NCBI RefSeq assembly: GCF_001194135.2
Contig: NC_068989.1
Coordinates: 78,176,525 to 78,240,524 of the forward strand
Length of the DNA: 64,000 nt
DNA from: Octopus bimaculoides
Taxonomy: Eukaryota
Reading direction: 5' to 3'
The first letter of the stretch is position 1. Every line of letters starts with the position of its first letter. Below are positions 37,230 through 50,999 of this stretch, piece by piece. The position numbers and the translations under genes are program-made. The notes beneath the pieces were generated by a model. That model ran no database searches, was not told the DNA's origin, and saw only the letters and a program-made list of their open reading frames with translations.

Positions 37230-39261
37230 ATCCAATAAAGTCTATTACACATTCGATCTCCTATTTTATTAATACTATATATATATGAAAGTATTGAGTG
37301 GATAAGTAAATTAAATCTATATTCAAAATCATGTGTCAGTGTGTATGCTTGTATAGTATATTTAGACAAAGCGTATTTCCTGCTCCTTTTTTGTGGCTAC
37401 CACTTCTGTTATGAGAGGTTACATCATCCCGTTATCACAATCAAAACCAAGTTCCGCTCTGGAAGCTTTGGTTAACGCATGGTTATTCTAGGAAAGCGTC
37501 GCTATGGTGTCACGTAGTGGGTCCTAACGCAGTGGGTCCTAACGCAGTTGTCAAGCAAAGTTCTTAACCACAAAATTATACTCACGCCAATGTCTTCCTA
37601 CGGCATCCGGGATTCCAGACGGAAATTAACAGAGCGGTTAAAATACAATGACATTAGAAACTCCAGTGTTTAGCCCAAAGCAATTTATTTTATTTCGGCA
37701 ATGCTATTCCGTGGTTAAGGTCTATTCTCCTGTGCTGTATCAAAAGTAGATCGGTCGTACTAATAGTGCCCATCAGTATACATTTTGTGCTATTTAACCA
37801 ATTCTTTTACTAAAATCAATTAGAAAAACTGGTTTAGCAGTTCATGTCTATAAATACTTACATGCTTCTTATAAGTAGTAATTTTCCCAGTTTAATATTG
37901 TTTTCAGTATTCTACGATTATTAAAATTCATGTAACAAACTTCACCTATTATCCTTTTAATGACCATTGCTATGTATCATGCGATGATTTGTTTTCAGTA
38001 TGAACAGAGTTATAACAAAATATCTATCTTTGTTTCCATAGATATTTTTTCTCTATTTTTCTTTTCTATGTACATAGTATAAGTCCATCCCTAATAAGAG
38101 CTTATTATTTACAGTTGAAGTATAACGAACAATAACAGAAAAAAGCCATTTTTCGACTTTCAATATCGGTCTATTTCTATATTATTGATATTGACCAAGA
38201 TTTCATTTAAGAGTTTCTCATAGATATAGAATATAATTTGATGCTATTCCACAAAGTACGAAGTTAATATGACTATTCGTTTTTTTTTTATTTGTTTCTG
38301 TCATTTTTGTCTCATCCCTTATTAAGTTGATAAAAACAAATGTATAATATCTAATAATTATCTCTTGTCTCCATTAATAGAAACGAGAAGCAAAAATAGG
38401 TAATTGATTTTAGGAAATTGAATAAATGAGTGAAACTCTAGAATATAGATTACCCATTCACAAAAAGGAGAGAAATATCAAAACAAGAAATAAAAAAGAA
38501 AAAAAGAAAAAACATATATGTTGATATCCAGGGTAAAATTATCAGTAATAGTTATTTTACCGTGAATGATAGGAGGAAGAAAAAAAAAAACAAAAGTAAA
38601 GTAAAAGCTCATTTAGAAGTTCATATGTGTATTGAATTCTGTCAAAAGTGGTTTCGGTCTATTTTTAGACGAGACACAAAACAGGCAGATATATATAAAG
38701 ACATCAACGTGTTATTGTCTTTGGTGGCGTTATTGAAATCCATTATTCTCTTATGAATTGTCTTAGTTTTACATTATTTTATTGTCTAACTTTTTTTTCT
38801 TAATTGTTGTTGCTATATTTAGGTTGAAACTTATAAATAGAAGATACAATGTAGAAATGACTCTAACTTTACATTGTTTTCAATAAAGTTGTTTCTTATA
38901 GACAAATATACATTTCTTACATAGCTAGAAGGTAGTATGCTGTTAGGAAAAGGAAATAAGATTGTTTCTATTTAGTTTCTCTGAGATATTAGCAATTTAC
39001 AAAAAGTGAAACGACAGCGTATAAGATTGGAAATAAAATATGAGAATCTAGCGCAGCATCGATTCAACACTGGCATCGTCTCTAAAAAAATAATTATGCC
39101 CCACAAGTAATTTTTGTCCCGGGAAATGCCCCACAAATTCATTTTACCTCATAATTTCTGTTATAATAGTATACTGGTACTAAAAAACAATATTGATTTT
39201 GCATTATGGTAGAAAGCTGTAGGCTGCTTTCAGTTTTAGCGGCAATAATAATTGCCATTAC

Positions 39262-40032
39262 CACCGAGGTCGACTTTGCCTTTCATCCTTTCGGGGTCGA
39301 TAAATGAAGTACCAATGAAACACTGGGGTCGATATGATCGACTAGTCCTCTCCTCCAAAATTCCAGGCCTTGTGCCTTTAGTAGAAACGACTATTACTTC
39401 TAGTTTTAAGGCGACGAGCTCGCAGAATCATTAGCACGCCGGGCAAAATACTTCGCTTCTTTCGTCCATCTTTACGCTCTGAGTTCAAATTTTGCTGAGG
39501 TCAAGTTTACGTTTCAGCTTCTCTGGGTCGATAAAATAAGTATCAGTTTGTCACAGGAGTAGATGTATTCGACTTAGCCCCTTCCTCGAAACCTGCTGCC
39601 ATTGTTCCAAAAGTTGAAACCATTATTACTACTACTACTATTATTATAATCATTTTTTTTACTATTAGGGCGGCGTACTGGCAAGGTCGTTAGTACAACA
39701 GTCAATAGACTTAACAGCATTGCATCAATTTTATGACAGAGTTTAAAATCCACCGAGGCCGACCTTGTCTTTCATCTCATCGGAATCATAAAATAATTAC
39801 TAGATAAATATTGCGGTTGGTATAATCGAATTTTCCCTCCTAACAAAATTGTTGACACTTTCCCGAAATTTCAAAAAATTGAAAAAGGGGTCGAGCTGAC
39901 AGAATCGTTAGCATGCCGGGAAAAATGCTTAATTGCATTTCGTGCAATTTTGGGACCCCGGCACTTATTTTATCGACCCTGAAAGGGTAAAAGGAAAGTC
40001 GACCTCAGCGGAATTTGAACTCAGGACGTAAA
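39262..40032. mobile_element. Cluster of five family A SINE-like pieces (four +, last one -)
   Basis: Pieces at about 39262-39380, 39407-39620, 39668-39860, 39888-39945 (+) and 39955-40032 (-). Confidence 0.8.
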
Positions 40033-40823
40033 AAAGACATTCTGTCTAATATTCAGTGAATATTGTGCCCTAGTGCTTTTATGCATTTGACAATAAACTT
40101 CGTTCTCATCCACGATTACAAGAGGCTGTGACCAAATGCGAAAAAGTGAATTATTAAACATGTAGTCATTTGCAAATTGAAAAATAATTACATATATTTA
40201 ATTTTATGCGCTGTAATATAAAACGCTGATTTGAAATAACCTTAGACTTCGATTTCGTTTAAATCATATTAATTTTAATTATAATTGTAGTTAATATTTG
40301 GCTGATAGAAGTAATCGCGTTGGGCGTTTAGATGATAAAAATATATAGCCTCTGAAATTAATATTCCTATTGATTCGTTTTTATTTACAAGGAAAAATTT
40401 GAAAATATCACGTAGTTCATGTTCCACTCCACTAAGACAATTTCCTTTCATAAAATTTTAATATTAGGAAACTGGGAGGATGTGATATTTGAGATTTTCC
40501 CAAAGGTATTAGTCGCAAATTAGTCTAAAAGTGAAGCTTGAAAATACGACATCACATCAGTTAGATTAAGGCTTATTACTTGAACCTCGATGCCTAACAC
40601 GTTATAAAACTAATGTTGACTTATTTATTTGTATAAATTGGAAATAAATAAATGGTGAGATTTAATTTGCGTCATCGATGTGAGTTTTGTTTTGTTCCTT
40701 TATATATTCGTTCTTTCGTTCCCCCTCGCTCACATTTCCTTGCCTTCTCTTTTCCTTCCACTTTTCACTTCACTGTGTCCCTGTCATTTTTCTCGCCCCT
40801 CCCTAATTCTTTTGTATCTCTGC

Positions 40824-40854
<31 letters not shown>

Positions 40855-41323
40855 TCCCACATGACCGGTGTTCGGCCAGGCCTGATCTTTCTTTTTTGGG
40901 AGCAGCCGTTGTGCATGAAACATAGTTATTTCTCCCTGTGCCTGTGAAATTTTGTATCCCGCCTGTAAGGCCTTATTTCCATATACGCCAGCTTAATTTT
41001 ATTCGTCCTTAGTCGAAAGACATCTGTTGTTATGTCCTGTTATTATTCCTACTGTATGGGTGCAACATTGTTCGTTTTTTTTCCGTCCTTGTTTTTGTAT
41101 ACGTTCGCTGCTTTCTTCCAACGAATCTAATGCTCTTAGCTTAGTTTTTCCTCGGGGCTGGCCAGATTGGGGCAATATCGAGAATAACCAGCCGAAATTG
41201 CAAGGATAATCTGGATCTCGACTGAAGAGAGCAAACTCCCAATGACATGTCCGTGTTTCCTTGTATCGTCTATCTGTACGTTTTGTCCCTTTCTTGCATC
41301 ATCTAAACTGTCTNNNNNNNNNN

Positions 41324-41366
<43 letters not shown>

Positions 41367-43049
41367 CTGATCCGAATTTCAGCACTGATCTAAGGATTAA
41401 TTAAACATTGACTTACTGGAGACTATATACGGAATGCACAAGCGCAATAATATGTTGACGTATTCTGTCCATGTTAATAAACTTTCAAAAGTCACAAAGG
41501 CTAATGCATCAGTAAAAGTGTTAAGTAATATTTAGCTACGTCTTCCCAAATCTTGCCGGGTCTATTTTGCCTTTCATCAAATTTTGGATGAATAGTAATA
41601 AGAATTAATCATACATTCAGATCAATTTAATTTCTATCTGTTTATCTTCTACAGAATATTTGGAAATATGGAAATACATCTGTACAAAACATAATATTCT
41701 AATAAATATTTTTATCTTCCTTACGATGAAGCAATATCATATGTACACTGGCTTAATAAACATATAGAGGAGCTGGTAAACGAACTCTCGTCCCCTTCTC
41801 TAACTGTATATACCATCCTATTCTTTCATCTTGGAGGACAGGCCGTTTACGTTTAAGCTTCCTCCTAGTTACTAGTATTATTATATTTTATAACATCTTT
41901 TCTTACCAGCTTCAACAGTTTATCTATTGCTTAGCAAAACTAATAGGCCTACACTTAAAATTACTTGAATGTCTTCCTCTGATGTCACTCCGAATTCGTG
42001 CGCTATCTGCATATTCGCTATAAGAGATATTACACGTTAAGCTACTGGCAATCAGGTTTCTTTAAATACAACATAACCAAGATGAATATCTGCATGTATC
42101 ACAAAATTTTCATCTCTGTAAAAGACAAAAATGGCCACTGCTCTAAGAATATCAAACATGTTTTAGGGAAGTCAGAATTTTTTCACAGTTATTTCGCTTC
42201 AGATTCGATCACTCTTCGACATAGTTTGATAGGTTATCGTGAGCAAACTTTAGTGGATAGAAATTTTGTAGAAATCCGTCAGAGGAAGATCTTCAACGCT
42301 TGATTGATAGACTTAATTCAGCTTTCAGTTTAAAATTGCCATCTAGTCTTCGACTACTTTCGGTGGAATGAAAACATCCGCAAGTGTAGGGTTGAGAACT
42401 TCAATCTGAAGATGAATTAGTCTCTCTATCACAAAGCTATTTTAAAAAGTCATGGTTCCTCGTTCTTTCTCTCTCTAAAAGACCAGAGAGCGTGCCTGAT
42501 CATCTATGATTGCTATTGATGATATGAATATTATAAAGGAGCGGGCTCGTTGTTGTTAGTCTCGTGATTTTTGTGTGGAATATTGATTAACACATATACG
42601 TTATCAAACAATATCAGTGTATATGTAAGTATCATCACCTAAATTACCATTCCAAGTCATAACTACCTTTCAAGTGCAGACATATGTTAGCATTGGATTA
42701 TAGATCTTTCTGAGATAGTAAAGTCAAACTTTAAAATCTCAACAGGCAAGTGACAGTATCATCTTCTCTTAGTAAATAACAGTAAACTTAAAAACGAGTT
42801 GAAAATATTTTACACATTGCTTTGCTGTATCCAGCATTCATCAATATAGAATTGTTTAATAAGTTTTTGTCTTCTGGCGACAAACATTAACATTTTGAGT
42901 AGACATTTTGCACGGATAAAAAACAGATTCTTAATAGAAGACACGTTTTATATAGTCAGCAAAGATTCACGCTGTCTTTCAAAATTGCGTACAAACTGAT
43001 TGATATTTATTTGTAAATTGTATGTGCTTTTCTCTGTATCTCTTTATTT

Positions 43050-44660
43050 TTCGTTTAGTTCATTTCCAGACCACATCATTGTACATTGCATTTAGCGGAG
43101 TCTTACTACCAACCACATTGCCACATTGCTAATTGTACTTAAGTAGTTGATGATTACTGTTATTAAGATGCTAAAACTTAAACAGACAATATCACTGCCA
43201 TTGTTGATATGTTTGCTGCTTCTTACCATTTTGACTGATACTAATCTGACTACGCTCATCACTTGCGTTCGCACCTACCACGATTAGTCATTGTAGAAAA
43301 GTATGCGATCACTATGAAAGCTTAGCAAGTGCTGTAGGGTCGTTAATGCTTGTAGTGATTCGGCATTTCCTTGCAGTTATTTATGTCTTAAGTGTGCCGG
43401 CTCCAGACTTTGTTTCATTAATATGTATAGTGGCTACGGCTTTGTGCCGTTTGAACACCAAAGGCATACTTGATGGATGCATTGAAGAAGTTGTGTTGAT
43501 TCATAGATTAAGTGTTTGTATATCGTGGAGATGTTTAATGTGAATTACTATCGCATGTAGAATTTTGAGTAAGCCTGAAGCGTAGTATTATGCAAATATG
43601 AGAAGGTGTTATTAAAAATGACTGCAAGAATATCGGTAAGGATAGAAGCAGATTGTACTAAGTAATGAATCTTGGAATACGTTATGTTTGATAGTGTAGT
43701 GACAGGAGAAACTTTTTACCGAAGCACACAAAAATGATAGGGTTCTACAAGACGCATCTAATCTGAAAACTTTTAGACAATAGATATGCAATTTTCTTAA
43801 ATATCTCGTAAACTAAAATATAGTTGAAATCTGTGAAGTGCATAGACATTGAATTTACGACCTTCTAAATTCTGAATAATCATGATCAAGGAGCAAGTAT
43901 GTGGGGGATCGTTTACATTTGTACAGAATCCATATTGGTTGTTTCTGAAAAACAAGAAGGCAAACTTTAATTGAAGTTCATGATTGACAGCCTCTGCAAC
44001 AACTTCGTTTGAGAATCTGGAAACAAGGTTTATTGGGGCGTGGTGAATCATCAGATATGTACTTGGATTATGGATGGCGATTCAAAATAGACTTTTCTCC
44101 AAAATTTATGATAGGAATCTCGCAGGATAGTACTGGAATATTAGTGAAGAATGTGGATAGTGTATGGAGACACGCGTGGAGTGCAATCTTTAGAAGTGAT
44201 AAAAAGTACATCGTTAACACAGTTCACTTGATAGACTGGCGTGTTCGAAATTTATAATGATGTATACAAGAGCGTGATATTTGAACCAAATAGAACAATA
44301 GTTTGCAGGAATCACTATTAAGCACATACTATGTGCAGTTGAATGTTTTCGTATTCCGGTTGTTTATGTGCGTAAATTCTCGTAAATTCTTATAAATAAG
44401 AGTATTTTCTTCTAAGGTCTATTTTCGGCTGAATATGAAAGGTTTACTTCAGCTCCATTCAGATATCCAGTGTTTGAGTGTAATGTATGTATTGATCCAG
44501 ATGTGTTATACTACCAGACTAAACGTATATATGATAGATGCACTTATTGAAAAAGAACACTACCTTAGTATAGACATGCATTATAGGAATAGAAATAAGT
44601 TTAATTTGGTTGTAGATTTGGATACCGACGAATTTAAGAAACAGGAAACTTAAAACCTAA
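43050..44660 (-). mobile_element. Old CR1/Jockey-like LINE RT relic
   Basis: Minus strand APINLVSRFSNEVV..NNQYGF (RPISLLS..QYGF-like), then VFQDSLLSTI (GVPQGSVLSP-like); many stops. Boundaries approximate. Confidence 0.55.
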
Positions 44661-45395
44661 ATTTTGTAAGATAAAATTTGAAAAATTAAGCAAATAATAC
44701 ATAACCAAGATAATATAAAACAAAACAAGTGAAAAACAGAAAAGAAGAATGCGTAAGTATAAATAACAAAATTCTAGGCATTAATACTGTAAAAATTGTT
44801 AAAGTAAATCATAAAACCTAGACATAGAACGAGTAATATAAACAGATGAAATCCAAAAGCATAACAAAATCAAATTCTTGTACATTTATAGACTTTTGGA
44901 TAAAAAGTTCAACCAGAAGTCACCAATAAAAATAAGAAACCAAATGAATTTAGTAATATAACTATAGAACATTTTATATTTCGTAATTTACAAAATAAAA
45001 CTAATAAAAATGTGAAAATCGATAGATATTCCAATACTTGTCGAACACCGCCCTCCACAGAATAGTACGTAATTATATAACAGGAATATTAAAAAATTAA
45101 TGGCAAGCGGATGAAATGAAAATATTCATAATGCTTGATACTGTAAACACCAGTATATAAACCAAGTAACACCACACACACACATATATCTAGAAATATA
45201 CATAGACACACAGACACACATACACACATACAAATACACGAATACACACATGTATATATTTACATACGTATATTGTTTTAGAGAGAGAGATGGGGGAGTG
45301 ATCCAAGGATTGGACTCCTTATTGGAAAATATGAGGACACAGATATTGTGTCGTATGTTTCCTCGGGTTAGCACATAGTCTTTACTATATATATG

Positions 45396-45866
45396 ATGTG
45401 TCTTGAATGGCACAACGATGCACTATAACAACAACAATGGACTATAATAACTGTTATAATTTAATCATCCATAGACTGATATAACATTTCGGAATACAAA
45501 AATTCCTTCTTCAGATACTCCCTAGCGGTTGCGAGCTCGGCCTGGCTCAGGTGTAAAGATAGAAGAATATTGTAGTTCGCTTGCAGAATTGTGTATTGTT
45601 TGTAAAATATAATGTCTTGAATACACAATACACAGTGCTTCAAGCGAACTACAATATCTTTACACCTGGGTCGGGCCGAGTTCGCAACCGCCAGGTATTA
45701 TCTGAAGAAGGAACTTTTGTATTCCGGAATATTATATCAGTCTATGGATGATTAATTTATAACAGTAATTATAGTCCATTGTGTTATTGTAGTGCATTGT
45801 TGTGCCAATCAAGACACATATTTTACACACAATACACAATGCTTCAATCGAACTATGATACTCTCC
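45396..45866. repeat. Long inverted repeat of a ~205-bp monomer carrying a hammerhead-core motif
   Basis: Arms about 45396-45601 and 45622-45819 are reverse-complementary; the monomer start ACACAATACACA recurs at 45827. Confidence 0.85.
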
Positions 45867-45899
<33 letters not shown>

Positions 45900-46361
45900 G
45901 TTTTAGGGAAAATAACCAATTTTCAAGAACTCATCGATGAAAATCCACTATCACATATAGAAAAATTAATAATTAAAAGCACAATAAATGAGTATAATAT
46001 AAAGTAAAGTAAATATCATAAGATAAATATAATAAAAAGATTACACGTGTTTCATAACCAATTTTCAAATAGAAAAGAAATTTAAATCGATTAAAATCAA
46101 TTGAAATTATCGAAAATAAGTTCTATTCAAAAATATAGCTACTCGTCAGATCGTAAGTAGAACAATAATTAGATATATATCTCAACCAACAATAAGTACC
46201 AAATGAATTAATATGAAATACTTATTATATGAAGATAGAAAAATTATTAAAAAAATATCATAATATCAAAATAATAACCATTCAATAACCATCCCTTCAT
46301 CCATTATAATAACATGTATATTATATATATACACATAACTAAAGATTTAGGGTTTTTATAC

Positions 46362-46394
<33 letters not shown>

Positions 46395-46629
46395 CATAAA
46401 GAGAGAGAGATAGAGAGAGAAAAGGTAGAGAGAGAAAGTTAGGGCGGAGAGAGAGAAGGAAGAATGGTGATCGAAATTAAAATGATATAAATGAATTATA
46501 CGTAGAATATTTTTTAAAATATATATTATAGAAAATATAACATCTTTTCTGGCGAATGGGTGGGGAGAAGAAATTCATAACAATGTGCAATCAAAAGAGC
46601 ATGAGAAGCCTATATTTGTTTCATTGCAT

Positions 46630-47500
46630 TTAAATTGCATGTATTTCTACCCACAAAACTGTCAAAGACAGCATAGGCAAGAGCCGAATAAAGGAAGGGA
46701 GTTTCATTAATTTTTTGTTACTGTTCACAGTAACAAAAAAGTAAGGACTGATGACGGAATCGTTTCTAACTGCACACCAGACCTTCATGCTTGTGCTATG
46801 CGGTGGTCTTTCGTGCAGTTCTCTCGGATTTTCAAGAGCCAAATAATGACGGTTCTGTTGATCCACCACAATATTGCGATGAAAATGAGAGTCATCATTC
46901 ATTATCTAAATGAGGTTTTCATTTGTCTCAAAAATTGCTTCCATTGTCGAAGTTAAGCCGATGTGCATAGTCCCATGGTTTCAACTGTTGCCCAATGACT
47001 AATTTGTACGGGTGGATATGCAGGTCTTCATCCAAAATACGCCTTACAGATAGATTACCAATGCCAAGTTCAGTGGAATGCCTCCGAGCAGATCGGTTCG
47101 GACTCCGTATCAAAGCTTGTCTGACGCGGTTCACATGTTCAGGCTCCGGGCCGTTTGTAGCTTCGACAACGGTCTCCTATTCATTAGTGTACCTCGTGTA
47201 TGAAGTGCATTCACCCAACGTAAGATTGTGTTACGAGTGAGAACAGTCTGATTTCGGTGAATGTTGAAGTGGCGCCAAAACACACACTGAATTGCTGCGA
47301 CAAACCCGTTATTCTTCACGTAACTCTCGTAGGCGAACACGCGATGTTCTATCGTCCACAGCGCCATGGTCGCACCTCGAAAAAAATTGTTAAGGGCACC
47401 ACGGACTTAATGGTATCTGTCGGACGTATGTCCTTCTCCCTGCAGCTGAATAATAGCCACGTCAAAAACGCCTGCCCTCTCTGCTCTACCCTCTAGAGTG
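46630..47500 (-). mobile_element. Tc1/mariner-superfamily transposase relic, rosa/DD41D-like
   Basis: MALWTIEHRVFAYESYVKN.., RSPNRSARRHSTELGI..SVRRIL..DLHIHPYKL, MNDDSHFH..QQNRHY..ENPRELHERP.H..KVWCAV..ISPYFF. The C-terminal catalytic region is missing, so the DD spacing cannot be counted. Confidence 0.85.
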
Positions 47501-47809
47501 ATGCATGACAGACGTGGAAGTTTTCTACTTCGAAAACTATGCCTAGATAATGGAATATAAGCAGGGGAAAATTACCAGAAAGGCATAACAAAATGTCTCA
47601 GGGAACAAAAAAAGAACGGATGTGCTGACCGAATAGATAAGGAAACTGATTCAAATTAACATAACAACTCGTCAAAAACAATTAGTTTAAAATCATATAG
47701 TCGAATCGATTTATCAATGCCAAGGAACGACAATATATCTCTTAACGAAACGGGGAAGCCGCATACACGAACAGATGTGTGTATAGGGAAAATGTGGGTA
47801 AGTAAAAAT

Positions 47810-47985
<176 letters not shown>

Positions 47986-48262
47986 AGTGTAAATAAAGAA
48001 CAGCTATTCTTCGAAATATATACTAAAAACACGACTATGTTCAAGTTTGATATTCATTATTAACGATTTGTGATAACTTCATATTAATCCTTTGTGCTTG
48101 AACTGCATCAGTAATGCTTATAAATTCATTATTAGGATGTTTCACGACATTCAAAATTTTGGTTGCAATTTTGGAAACAGTGTGATACAGCCGTATGTCT
48201 ACGAGTCCTGTCATAACTAAACAATTAAATGCTGGTTGAACGAAAATATTAATAATAATAAT

Positions 48263-49540
48263 ATACCTTGGTGTACTAGAGTTCAGCGAGATAATAGAAA
48301 AGGAAATGAAAGAGCAACTAAGGATGGAGTATTTCCGAAGACTGATGTTGTCGTTGCGCTCAAAATTGACTGGACGGAATAAAATCCAAGCAGTTAATAC
48401 GTGGGCGATAGCATCACTTCGGTATGGAGCGGGAATTATTAAATGGCACAAAAGAGAAGTGAAGAAGATGGACACCAAGACCAGAAAAATGTTAACAGTA
48501 CACGGCGCCTTCCATCCTAAGCGTGACACGGATAAGCTGTACTTGTCAAGAAGAGCAGGAGAGGTTTGATCATTTGATAGGACTATATGGGAGCAGAGGG
48601 AAATAGCTTAGGGTGGTATATAAAAAATCCTGTGAAGCCAATGTTTCAACACACAAAAAAGTCCGGCGTCATAAAAGCTGCAAATAGTGTAACGAAAGAA
48701 AAATTTAAATAAGAAGTGAAAAAAAAAACGTACGGTCAGTTTTCAAGCGATGTGAACACCAAGAAAGATACAAAGGACCGGTAGCTATGGATGAGGAGGA
48801 GTAACCCGACGATAGAGACAGAAACCGTATACGTGCAGCTCAGGAACAAGCGGTAAGGACCAAATATATGAAGTGCAGAATAGACAAAACTATCGAGAGC
48901 AAGAAATGCAGAATGTGTCGAAACGGTATGGCGCATCGTTAGCGAGTGTCCGAAATTGACACAACGCGAATGCAGAACACGCCAAGACAATGTGGCAAGA
49001 AGCTCTGTAGAAATCACGGCCTACAAAGAGCAAAGGCGTGGTATGATAAAACTCCAGAAGGAGTCACCGACAATGAGAATTGCAAAATCCTGTAGGATGC
49101 AATGACTCGACCAGACATCGGAAACCAGACTTTGTTGAGGTGAATAAAAAAGAAAGAACATGTATGATAATCGACATAGCATGCCCCAGTGACATCAGGA
49201 TCAATGTGCAAAAAAGAAAAATTAAACAACTATGACGATTTGAAGTTGGAAGTACGAAGGTTATGATCAATGAAGAGAGTAGGCGTGATACCAGTTGTAA
49301 TTGGTGCACTTGGAAGTATCAGCACTCAACTACCAACATGGTTGAAAAAGATCGGTACAAGTGTGTAGGTAGAACACATACAAAAATCAGCATTGCTTGG
49401 AACTGCAAGAACTCTTCACAGAGTTCTTGAACCATGACCAGTAACCTTAGTCTGCTGGTTGTGGCCATCTGACACTTTCCATCATACCCAGCAATATAAG
49501 CTGTGAATTTTCATTACATAACAGCAACAACAACAACAGC
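48263..49540 (+). mobile_element. R4/Dong-clade non-LTR retrotransposon 3' portion (RT C-terminus, CCHC finger, restriction-like endonuclease), decayed
   Basis: YLGVLE, NKIQAVNTWAIASLRYGAGII, CRMC..IVSECPKL, KPDFV..IIDIACPSD, IPVVIGALG and QKSALLGTAR. The left flank is (TAA)n and the tail is (CAA)n-like. Confidence 0.9.
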
Positions 49541-50999
49541 GATACTTTATCTGTCACAAAGTCAGACGTATATACAATACAGTTCAATCAACATTAAATA
49601 CGTTGGACAAAACAGACGCGCGGTTTGTAAGAGATCTTTTATGCATAAACGATAGGATTGGAAATACGATGCACAAATTTTAATAGAATAAATATAAATG
49701 CACATAAAAAACGATAAATAGTTAAGATATTATACGTATAGTAAAGTTTTAAAAGTTCGCTAATATACAAATTTTAACTCTTGCATTCCTTCCGACCCCA
49801 GTTTTAAAGAGTATACATATTGTGACATATGCCCTTTCTCCCTTAATAAAGAATCTTTCATGTAGAATATGAATCAGGTCTCTTTGTCAATTATTCTTTG
49901 ATGGAACGAGAAGTCAAAATGACTGTAGGTTTTCGTTCATTCAATAAAGTATTTCTCATTGAGTTGTTCTTCTTTATTCTAAAAAACATACTTACAAAGG
50001 ACAAAACTCGGGGTTCATATTTACGTTTAATGTAGTAACTTTTTGGGTGGTATTACTGTTGCTCTTGTCATCAAACGTCTAGTTCATTAAGCGCTATACT
50101 TCTCTTGGTTACACTTTCTACCATTTCTTCATGCGTTCATCGACCATTTTATTTTACATTGTGTTATCTTTTGTTCGATGTTTGCGTTACTTTGTTGCAG
50201 TATTTTTTTCTGAGAAGCTAATCTGAGGAGAGATGAGGTCATTTTTGCGTCGAGATGTCATTTTCGCCTCAGCATTAAGAACTAAAATATACATGGCAGC
50301 ATTAAAAAGAAAAAAGACTTTGTTCTCTAATCTCAGTAGCTTAGAATTTCCCAAGTGTTTATTAAAGCTACCTGTGTGAAATAATATCCAAAATGATTTT
50401 AGTCTATCTCGATAATAGTGTCTGTGGGTGAGAGAGAGAGGGTGGAGAGAGAGACAAATAGAGAGTATATGTTTGTATATACCAAATTTAGGATACAGAA
50501 TATTTCTAACAGTATATTCTAGTCACACATTAATGACATTCTGCTAACATTAGATTAATGTAGTCATGCAAAGAAGTGCCGTTACAAACATCATGGCTTA
50601 CCTATTTTATTTGTAAACTTTTATTTATAGTTATGGCTACAAACAGGAGAATAACATTTTTCTTGTTTAGAGCACTTCCGCGATTACTTTGCTTAAACAT
50701 TTTTTATGTATTCCATAACATTTATGTTGTTCTGAAATTTCTTCTAATAATTTTCTATTTCTACTCTGGAAGTTATAATTTTGTGATCATAACATATTAT
50801 TTATTGTAACCACAAACTCATATATGCGTCATCATTATCTTATAAAAAGAATAATAAAAATCCTGCTTAAATTATAGAAAAATAAACAGAATCACCAAGT
50901 TTACCAGTAAACAGAATATTACACTTATTGGTTTCCAGAATATTTATAATAATATATAAAATATTACTGTTTTCTATTCTTTGCCTTTTTTCAAAATTT

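Noticed and set aside
42270-42400. Protein-like frame RNPSEEDLQRLIDRLNSAFSLKLPSSLRLLS and weak similarity of the minus strand to 62640-62820
   Set aside because: The alignment covers only about 30 nt at modest identity, frames conflict and stops are frequent; it cannot be separated from decayed repeat sequence.
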